Positions 30,412 to 37,616 of a stretch of DNA of 52,936 nucleotides are shown here, piece after piece. Position 1 is the stretch's first letter, and the number at the start of each line of letters is the position of its first letter. The position numbers and the translations under genes are program-made. Below the pieces are notes generated by a model. It saw nothing but the letters and a program-made list of their open reading frames with translations. It made no database searches and was not told the DNA's origin. Source of the stretch: an uncultured bacterium (GTDB taxonomy: Bacteria; Acidobacteriota; Aminicenantia; Aminicenantales; Aminicenantaceae); assembly GCA_965602945.1 (NCBI GenBank), contig CBFDBC010000001.1:1-52936 (forward strand). Reading direction: 5' to 3'.

Positions 30412-30712
30412 GCCCGACCTCATCGAGGAGGATACCGATGTAGTCGGCCAGGGAGCCGACCGTTCGGAAGGGGCTCGTCTTCTGAGACATGGCTTTCTCA
30501 TCCGCCAGGGTCACGGCTACGTCGAGCTCTTCCGTGATCTTCTGCTCGGCGGCCAGGATCAGATCCACCAATCCCAGGGAATCCAGCCGGCCGGAGGGAC
30601 CGAACAGGACAGACTCAGCCGATTTTTCGAGCCGCTCCTCCGGCGGGTGCTGGAGGTTGAACTCATCGATGGCTTCATAAATCAAGCGTATGATGCTTTC
30701 CCGGTTGCTCAT
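30404..30712 (-). CDS. Acyl/peptidyl carrier protein
   Basis: 102 aa with the phosphopantetheine attachment motif GRLDSLGLVDL. It is the first gene of the minus-strand operon. Confidence 0.8.
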   Translation of the reverse strand: MSNRESIIRLIYEAIDEFNLQHPPEERLEKSAESVLFGPSGRLDSLGLVDLILAAEQKITEELDVAVTLADEKAMSQKTSPFRTVGSLADYIGILLDEVGHG

Positions 30713-30916
30713 CTGGTTGTCTCTATTGGAGTTGGATTAGAATATCTGTTCATTCACCATGGGTGATTCTACTAATGAAATACGTTAAACAAAATCCTCT
30801 GCCGTGTCAAGGCGGCCGGCCCGCTCACCTCCGGACGGCTTCCTCTCCAGCTTACCCGACTGATCTAACCTAATCAGGATTTGGAAATGCTAACGGCCAA
30901 CTTCCCGGCGGTCACA

Positions 30917-30946
30917 TTGACAGGCGGAGAGGGATAATTGTATAAA
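30917..30946 (+). promoter_or_regulatory. Sigma70-like promoter candidate (TTGACA-N18-TATAAA)
   Basis: TTGACA at 30917-30922 and TATAAA at 30941-30946, in the 242-bp divergent intergenic region. The predicted start site would leave an almost leaderless mRNA for the ATG at 30955, which conflicts with the AAGGAGG at 30945-30951. Confidence 0.25.
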
Positions 30947-30954
30947 GGAGGGCG

Positions 30955-33093
30955 ATGAAGAGGCCGCGGATCTCCCTGCTTTTTCTTGTCCTGCTCTTTT
31001 CCGCCCTCTTCCTCATGCGCTTCGTCCACCTCGCCGCAGACCCCCCGCCCGACCTCAGCTCCAGCATGGGATATATGAGCGATCCGGGCGGCTACAACAT
31101 CAACGCCCGCAACAGGATCGTCTTCGGCTCCTGGGAAATGGACATGTGGAACAACATGCACATCAGCCCGCTTCCCCACTATCTCAGCTACCTGATCTTC
31201 CTGATCCTGGGGACGGGGGTCGCCCAGATGAACCTCGTGCCCGTGATCTTCGGCTGTTTAACGCTGGTGATCGTCTTCCTGGTGTTCAGGAGAAATCACT
31301 CCGCATCCCTTGCCCTGCTGGGGGTGTTCCTGCTCGGGACGAACTACCAGTTCACGATGTTCAGCCGCATCGCGGTGAGGGTCATGCCGCTTCTTTTCTT
31401 CACCATGCTGGCCGTGTATTTCCTGGAGTTCAGGCGCCGGCCGGCCCTGGGTTCCTTCCTGGCGGGCGCGAGCTGTGTTGTCGCCTTCTCGGTGAAGGCC
31501 ACCTTTGCCCAGGTCCTGCCGTCCGTCCTGGCCGGGCTTTTCTTCTACACCCTTTTCAGAGAGCGGCCCTCCTTCAAAAGGGCCATGGCCCGGGTGGCCT
31601 GGTTCGCCCTGGGAGCGGCCTTGCTCTGTTCTGTCTGGCTGTTGGCCTTCTATCTTCCCCACACGGATATCATCAATGCCTACGGCGGGGAAAACATCGA
31701 TTGGCTTACGCCTCCTCAAAACCTCACTCAGATGCTCAATAACTTCTGGAACCGGCCCCTTTTCTTCTACAACCACATGCCGGTCATGACCTCCCTGGCC
31801 AGTCTCTACCTGCTGGTCCTGGCATTCCGGGCCTTTTCCCGGCCCCAGCGGGTGACCCTGCTGAACTGGATCTGCGGCTTCTGGGTGATCACGAACATGC
31901 TCTACTACTCCATGATCTACTATCATGCCGCCCGGCATTTTGTCGTTCTGATCCTCCCCCTGGTCGTGCTGGCCGTAAATTTCCTCCACGAACTGATGAT
32001 GCTCAGAGACGCGTCCGTGCCGGATAGGATCCCGGCGCTTTTTTATCCCTTTCTTTTCATCTGGCTCCTTTTCCCCCTCAGTCACCTGGTCATCGTCCGG
32101 GGCCGGCCCACCGAACCGGCCGCAATGGAGGCCCGCTTCCTCGTCCTCCTCTTGATATCGGCAGCAGTCTGCCTGGCGCTGGGTGCGGCCCACCGTTTCG
32201 GGCTGAGGAGAAGGAGGGTATCCCTGCCTCGCCCGCTGACGGTATCCTTCATCACCCTGATGCTGGTCCTGAGCACAGCCACCAACGTTCGCCCTTACCT
32301 CCGCTGGGCCTCCACCGCCCGCACCGACATCAGGGACATCTCCCGCGACCTGGGCAAGGACTCCCCCAGGATGAGCCTGGCGGGTCTGATGTCGCTCATC
32401 CTTTCCCTGGAAAATAAAATCGAGGCCCATCCCTACTGGCCGGATTACATCAATCCCTACCCGGATTTCATGGAGCGGTTCCGCATATCCCACATATTCG
32501 TGACGCTCCATGCCGGAGAACTCGAGAAGATCGAGTATCAGCGGGATTTCCCGCAAGTCATGCGGAAGGCACGGTTGATGGCCCGGTTCCCCCTGGCGGA
32601 GACCTTCGCGGAACTCTATGCCGTCGCTCCCTCCGCCCAGCAGGGATCCGAAGGAGGGCCGGAGGAGTATGAAGGGGAGACATTCTTCGGGCGAAACGGG
32701 ATCCCCCGCTTCGATCCCGAGGCATCGCAGAGATGGGCCTATGTCGCGGAAAAAGCTCAGGAAGGTTTCCTCCTCGAACTGCCGGGGGTTACACAGTCCC
32801 GGGGCAGCTTTGAGGCCGTGATCCGTCTCAAGATGGAGGACCCTCCTTCCGACAACGGCCGTGCATTGAGGATAGACTTCGCCGATCCACGCAGCCGCAG
32901 GGTAATGGGAACAAGGAACCTGAATGTCCAGGATCTCCGGCCCGCCGGGCAATACCTGGAATTCGCCTTCACCTTCACCGTTCCCAGAAACGGTGAGTAT
33001 GCCATCCGGCTCCACTCGACCGGGAAAACAACCCTGTGGATCGACAAGGTAAGCGTGCGGCGCCTCGCTGCTTCCCCCCTACCGGCCGATTGA
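30955..33093 (+). CDS. GT-C-like (ArnT/PMT-type) polytopic membrane protein with C-terminal beta-rich domain
   Basis: An N-terminal helix is followed by a loop (DPPPDLSSSMGYMSDPGGY), then about 12 helices and a soluble domain of about 230 aa ending ...GEYAIRLHSTGKTTLWIDKVSVRRL (jelly-roll/CBM-like). Confidence 0.6.
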   Translation: MKRPRISLLFLVLLFSALFLMRFVHLAADPPPDLSSSMGYMSDPGGYNINARNRIVFGSWEMDMWNNMHISPLPHYLSYLIFLILGTGVAQMNLVPVIFGCLTLVIVFLVFRRNHSASLALLGVFLLGTNYQFTMFSRIAVRVMPLLFFTMLAVYFLEFRRRPALGSFLAGASCVVAFSVKATFAQVLPSVLAGLFFYTLFRERPSFKRAMARVAWFALGAALLCSVWLLAFYLPHTDIINAYGGENIDWLTPPQNLTQMLNNFWNRPLFFYNHMPVMTSLASLYLLVLAFRAFSRPQRVTLLNWICGFWVITNMLYYSMIYYHAARHFVVLILPLVVLAVNFLHELMMLRDASVPDRIPALFYPFLFIWLLFPLSHLVIVRGRPTEPAAMEARFLVLLLISAAVCLALGAAHRFGLRRRRVSLPRPLTVSFITLMLVLSTATNVRPYLRWASTARTDIRDISRDLGKDSPRMSLAGLMSLILSLENKIEAHPYWPDYINPYPDFMERFRISHIFVTLHAGELEKIEYQRDFPQVMRKARLMARFPLAETFAELYAVAPSAQQGSEGGPEEYEGETFFGRNGIPRFDPEASQRWAYVAEKAQEGFLLELPGVTQSRGSFEAVIRLKMEDPPSDNGRALRIDFADPRSRRVMGTRNLNVQDLRPAGQYLEFAFTFTVPRNGEYAIRLHSTGKTTLWIDKVSVRRLAASPLPAD

Positions 33094-33171
33094 CTTAATC
33101 CGGGGGAGCGGATATGATAGCCAGTCATTTTGCCAGTCAAACGAAACATGCCATGACTGCTCGACGATGAT

Positions 33172-34404
33172 ATGAAAAAAATCAACCTTCCCACAAAAAT
33201 ATTCATCGGGCTGGTCCTCGGGATCATCGGCGGCCTGGTCTTCGGTGAGAAGATCCTCATCATCCAGCCTGTCGGCGATGTGTTTCTTCGGATGATCACG
33301 ATGATCGTCGTGCCCCTGGTGTTCGTCTCCCTGACGCTGGGAACCGCCAGCCTGGGTGATGTGCGGAAGCTAGGGCGGATCGGCGCCAAGACCTCACTGT
33401 ATTTCGTCGCCACGACCGTCATCGCCATCATTATCGGGCTGGGCCTGGCCAACACTCTGAACCCGGGGAAAGGGCTGAACGAAGACGTAACGAGAGAGCT
33501 GTACAAGAGCTACGAAGCAAAGGCGCAGGACGGGATCATGAGGATGGAGGAGAAGCCCTCCCTCATCAACATCCTGGTGAACATCGTCCCCAGGAATCCG
33601 GTGGCCGCATTCGTCGAAGGCAACATGCTCCAGATCATTTTCATGGCGCTGCTGTTCGGTGTCGTCATCACCATGATCAAACGGGAAAGGTCGGAGCTGC
33701 TCATAAGCATCCTGGAAGGGCTGAACGACGTTTTCATCCAGGTCGTGCACATCGTCATGAAGCTTGCTCCCTACGGGGTCATGGCCTTGAGCGCAGCTGT
33801 GATCGGCCAGTACGGTGTGGACATCCTCGTTACTCTACTGAAATATTCGCTGGTCGTGATCGGAGGCCTCATCCTCTACACCCTGTCCTTCAACAGCCTG
33901 GCGGTAGGACTGCTCGGGAAGATGAATCCGCTTCACTTCTTCAAGGCGGTCCGTGAAGCCGTCATCATCGCTTTCAGCACCTCAAGTTCCATGGCGACGC
34001 TCCCGGTGGCCATGGAAAGCGTGGAACACATCGGTGTGTCCCGGCAGTATTCGAGTTTTGTCCTCCCGCTGGGAGCCACAGTAAATATGGACGGAACAGC
34101 CCTATATCAAGGTGTGTCCGCCGTCTTCATCGCTCAGATCTATGGGATCCCTCTCGGCTTGACCGGCCAGATCACGATCGTTCTGATGGCCGTCCTTTCC
34201 TCGATCGGAGCCGCCGGGGTTCCCATGGCCGGCATCATCGCCCTGGCCATGGTCCTCAGCCAGCTGGGCATTCCCCTGGAGGGGCTGGCCCTGATCCTGG
34301 GCGTGGAAAGGCTCCTGGACATGGTCCGCACCTGCACCAACGTCATCGGCAACATGGCCGCCTCCGTTGTTATCCAGGAGCTGGAGGAAAAGCACAACAG
34401 ATGA
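33172..34404 (+). CDS. Dicarboxylate/amino acid:cation symporter (DAACS / SLC1 family, GltP-like)
   Basis: FSTSSSMATLP and NMDGTALYQGV are present, with the typical 8-TM plus hairpin layout. Confidence 0.9.
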   Translation: MKKINLPTKIFIGLVLGIIGGLVFGEKILIIQPVGDVFLRMITMIVVPLVFVSLTLGTASLGDVRKLGRIGAKTSLYFVATTVIAIIIGLGLANTLNPGKGLNEDVTRELYKSYEAKAQDGIMRMEEKPSLINILVNIVPRNPVAAFVEGNMLQIIFMALLFGVVITMIKRERSELLISILEGLNDVFIQVVHIVMKLAPYGVMALSAAVIGQYGVDILVTLLKYSLVVIGGLILYTLSFNSLAVGLLGKMNPLHFFKAVREAVIIAFSTSSSMATLPVAMESVEHIGVSRQYSSFVLPLGATVNMDGTALYQGVSAVFIAQIYGIPLGLTGQITIVLMAVLSSIGAAGVPMAGIIALAMVLSQLGIPLEGLALILGVERLLDMVRTCTNVIGNMAASVVIQELEEKHNR

Positions 34405-35378
34405 AGACCGGGCGGTACTGGCTGCGTCTGCTGCGGCTCTTCCATCATTACCGCAGGAAATCCACCCGCCTCCCTTATCTCCCCATCCGACTGTGGATCG
34501 AACTGACCAGTCACTGCAACTTCCGCTGCGTCATGTGCCCCAACCAGGACCTGAACAAGGAAGACCGCGGTACCATGGAGATGTCCCTGTACCGGAAGAT
34601 CATCGACGAGGCCCGCGCCTTCGCCTTCGATATCAACCTGGCCCACCGGGGGGAGTCGCTGCTCCACCCCCACCTGATCGAGGCCATCCGGTACGCCAAA
34701 TCCCAGGGGCTCTACACCCGCCTCCATACCAATGGCTCCCTGCTGACGGAGGACCTGTCGCGGGAGATCATCGCCAGCGGCCTGGACCGTTTATCCTTTT
34801 CATTCGACGGCTTCACTAAAGAAGCCTATGAGGGAATACGCCGGGGAGGGGATTTCGATAAAACCATCGGGAACATCATCCGGCTTCTCCAGGTCAAACA
34901 GGACCTTAAGGCTCAGAAACCTGAGGTGGCGGTGGAGGTGATAAATTTCAAAGACATGCCCCCCGCCGAGCTGTCTCGGGCCAAGGAAGCTTTCCTCTCG
35001 CGCTTCAAGGGCCTCCCTCTCGACAGTTTCTTCACCAAGGAACTCCACAACTGGGCAGGGGAAGTCCCTCAAAAGGAGCGCACCGAAGCGTATTCCCTGT
35101 GCCCCTTCCCCTGGAACGCCCTGGTCATTTTCTGGGATGGGGGAGTGCTTCCCTGCACGCAGGATTTCTTCGGATACAACAGGATCGGCGATGTGCGCAC
35201 GGAGTCTATCCAGGCCGTCTGGAACAGTGACGCCATGATGGAGCTGCGCAGAAAACTCGGTACCAGGGCCATCGCTGATCTTAAAGCCTGCTCCCAATGT
35301 GACAGGGTCTGGAGGAAGGGGTTTTTTGGCGTGCCCAAGGAATATCTCTGGAAGTTTATTTCAAAAAAAATGCCCTAG
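34401..35378 (+). CDS. Radical SAM protein with C-terminal SPASM/twitch-like Cys region
   Basis: TSHCNFRCVMCPN (CxxxCxxC), then C-terminal cysteines in CPFPWNALVIFWDGGVLPCTQD and CSQCD. ATGA overlap with the symporter stop at 34401-34404. Confidence 0.8.
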   Translation: MKTGRYWLRLLRLFHHYRRKSTRLPYLPIRLWIELTSHCNFRCVMCPNQDLNKEDRGTMEMSLYRKIIDEARAFAFDINLAHRGESLLHPHLIEAIRYAKSQGLYTRLHTNGSLLTEDLSREIIASGLDRLSFSFDGFTKEAYEGIRRGGDFDKTIGNIIRLLQVKQDLKAQKPEVAVEVINFKDMPPAELSRAKEAFLSRFKGLPLDSFFTKELHNWAGEVPQKERTEAYSLCPFPWNALVIFWDGGVLPCTQDFFGYNRIGDVRTESIQAVWNSDAMMELRRKLGTRAIADLKACSQCDRVWRKGFFGVPKEYLWKFISKKMP

Positions 35379-35385
35379 TTGAGGC

Positions 35386-36153
35386 TCAGTCCCCGGGTTT
35401 CCCCTCGCCGTCTCCCCGGTATCTGATGACTTTGGCGGGGACTCCTACGGCGATCGCGTTTTCCGGCAGGGGACGTGTGACCACGGAACCGGCTCCCACA
35501 ATGCTGCCGCCGCCGATGGTTATCCCGTCCAGGAGGATGGTTCCGGCGGCCAGCCAGACATCATCCCCGATCCGTATCCCCCCTTTGGAGAAGGAGGGCT
35601 GGAACATGATCGGAGTGGACACATCCTCAAAGCTGTGATTCCCCCCGGCCACCAGGTAACAGCGGCCGGCCAGGAAACAGTACTTGCCCAGACGGATCTC
35701 GGTCTCCGAGAGCAGGGAACAGTTGGCGGACAGGTTGCAGTAATCATCCAGAAAGATCGAGCCTTCCTTGCAGCTGAGGATGGTGCTGCGTCCCACGAAC
35801 ACGTTGCTGCCGATCCGGATTCCCTCGTTGCTTTCTCCCTTGGCGTCCAGGACCACGTAGTCATCTAGGACTGCGTTATCCTGAATGACGATCTTGTGTG
35901 GGTGGCGGAGCGTGATGTTTTTCCCGAAAACGACCCCGCGGCCGACTTCCTTGAACAGGAGGGGATAGAAAACCTTGCGCAGGAAAAAACCCAGGGCGCC
36001 GGGGACCCATGAGAAGAGGAGGATGATGAGCTCGTATTTGATCAGAGCCGTCAGGCTTTTCCTTCCGATCGTCAAGGAGGTATACTTCGTGTAGAAAGAC
36101 TGTTTGTCATCGATCAGCTGCTTCTGAAGGCTGGCCTTGAATTCCTTATCCAT
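35386..36153 (-). CDS. Membrane-anchored hexapeptide-repeat (left-handed beta-helix) acyltransferase, WcaF-like
   Basis: N-terminal hydrophobic segment LIILLFSWVPGALGFFL and hexapeptide repeats, e.g. IGDDVWLAAGTILLDGITIGGGSIVGAGSVV. Confidence 0.8.
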   Translation of the reverse strand: MDKEFKASLQKQLIDDKQSFYTKYTSLTIGRKSLTALIKYELIILLFSWVPGALGFFLRKVFYPLLFKEVGRGVVFGKNITLRHPHKIVIQDNAVLDDYVVLDAKGESNEGIRIGSNVFVGRSTILSCKEGSIFLDDYCNLSANCSLLSETEIRLGKYCFLAGRCYLVAGGNHSFEDVSTPIMFQPSFSKGGIRIGDDVWLAAGTILLDGITIGGGSIVGAGSVVTRPLPENAIAVGVPAKVIRYRGDGEGKPGD

Positions 36154-36287
36154 TCCGCCTTCATTATAGACTCTTTGATTCCATAAAAACCAGCTTCTTT
36201 TTCACTCGCCACGGAACCGGAACGGCGTCGGGCCGGATTGACATATACAGGCAGATAATATACAAAAGGACTTTCATCGGAAACAAT

Positions 36288-37616
36288 ATGCGGCGCTCCA
36301 AACATTCGATCGCTTTCTCCGTCATCCTGGGTGGACTTCTCTTCTTCCAGTCCACTGGCAACGAGCAGCTGGTCAACTCCTACCTGCCCGGTGATCAGTC
36401 ATCTCCAACTGTCTCCGCCGACTCTGCGGGCAACCTGGTTGTGGCCTGGGTCAGCGACAGCCAGGATGAGGGGCTGCCGGGGATCTTCGCCCAAAGATAC
36501 TTGCCGGACGGGAGCCCTGTAGGCCAGGAATTTCAGGTCAATACCCTTGGCGGTGAGGACGGGGAGGGGGCCCCGATGGAACATCCCGCCGCCGCAATGG
36601 GGGGAAACGGCCGCCAGGTGTTCGCATGGGTCAACTTCTGGGAAGATCCGGTGAGCGGCAGCGTATTCGCCCGGATCTATGATAGTTCGGGATTTCCCCA
36701 GGCGCCTGAATTCCGGGTCAACCAGTACAGCGATTATTTCCAGGGAGAGCCGGCGGTGGCCATGGACGGGCAGGGCAACATTGTGATCGCCTGGCAGAGC
36801 TGGGAGCAGGACGGCGACGCCTTCGGGATCTATGCGCGGCTCTTTGATACCTCCGGCTTTCCCCTGGGACCGGAATTCCGGGTGAACACTCAGGTCCAGG
36901 ACAGCCAGATGCATCCGGCCCTGGCCATGGGAATTTCCGGCAATTTTGTCGTCGTCTGGTCCAGCTACGATCAGGACGACAACGAGACCAGCGTCTTCGC
37001 GCGAGGATTCGACAACGGCGGCTTTCCCACGGGATCAGAGTTTCAGGTCAATCAAACCGCATCGGGCTGGCAGGACCATCCGGACGTCACTGCCGACTCG
37101 ATGGGGAATTTTGTCGTCTGCTGGCACGGCCAGAGTGCGACCATGGAGGACTACGACATATTCGCTCGAAGCCTTGATCAGACGGGACAACCCTTGGGCC
37201 CCCAATTCAGGGTCAACAGCACAACCGAAGACTGGCAGGTCTATCCGGCCGTGGCCAGCGACACCCAGGGAAATTTCTGTGTCGCCTGGCAGAGCCGGGG
37301 CCAGGATGGGGATTCGTACGGCATCTTTGCGCGCCTGTTCGACATCAACGGCCAACCTCACGATTCCGAAGTACAGGTCAACACCTCGACGCAGTCGCGT
37401 CAGGAGAGACCGGGCTTGGCGATGGTGTCGGTCCGGAATTTCGCCGCGGCCTGGCAAAGCCTTCACCTTGGGGCCTCGGGATGGGACATATTCATCCGTC
37501 TCCTCGATCCAAGCCAGAATACTTTTTCTCTCCCTGGGAAAGAACGCCTCAGAATAAAGGTCCATGCACATAAAGAGAACATATATTCTCCTGATCGCCG
37601 TTCTCCTCACGATTGA
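36288..37616 (+). CDS. Secreted repeat protein, seven ~55-aa blade-like repeats (predicted beta-propeller)
   Basis: Signal peptide MRRSKHSIAFSVILGGLLFFQS, then seven units of the pattern EF(R/Q)VN-x10-P-AvA-D-x-GNFvVaW-S-x-QDG-x-GIFARlFD-x-G-P-G. Confidence 0.7.
   Translation: MRRSKHSIAFSVILGGLLFFQSTGNEQLVNSYLPGDQSSPTVSADSAGNLVVAWVSDSQDEGLPGIFAQRYLPDGSPVGQEFQVNTLGGEDGEGAPMEHPAAAMGGNGRQVFAWVNFWEDPVSGSVFARIYDSSGFPQAPEFRVNQYSDYFQGEPAVAMDGQGNIVIAWQSWEQDGDAFGIYARLFDTSGFPLGPEFRVNTQVQDSQMHPALAMGISGNFVVVWSSYDQDDNETSVFARGFDNGGFPTGSEFQVNQTASGWQDHPDVTADSMGNFVVCWHGQSATMEDYDIFARSLDQTGQPLGPQFRVNSTTEDWQVYPAVASDTQGNFCVAWQSRGQDGDSYGIFARLFDINGQPHDSEVQVNTSTQSRQERPGLAMVSVRNFAAAWQSLHLGASGWDIFIRLLDPSQNTFSLPGKERLRIKVHAHKENIYSPDRRSPHD
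36366..37511 (+). repeat. Seven tandem coding repeats of about 165 bp (55 aa)
   Basis: Unit boundaries fall at residues 27, 81, 141, 196, 251, 306 and 361 (QLVNS, EFQVN, EFRVN, EFRVN, EFQVN, QFRVN, EVQVN). Confidence 0.8.

Noticed and set aside
19758-30712. Interpretation as a hopanoid side-chain cluster (HpnI GT2, HpnJ B12-rSAM, HpnK deacetylase).
   Set aside because: No squalene-hopene cyclase or HpnH-like gene is in the window. The deacetylase here is CE4/DUF3473, not YdjC-type. ACP, ligase and GT-C genes do not fit that pathway.
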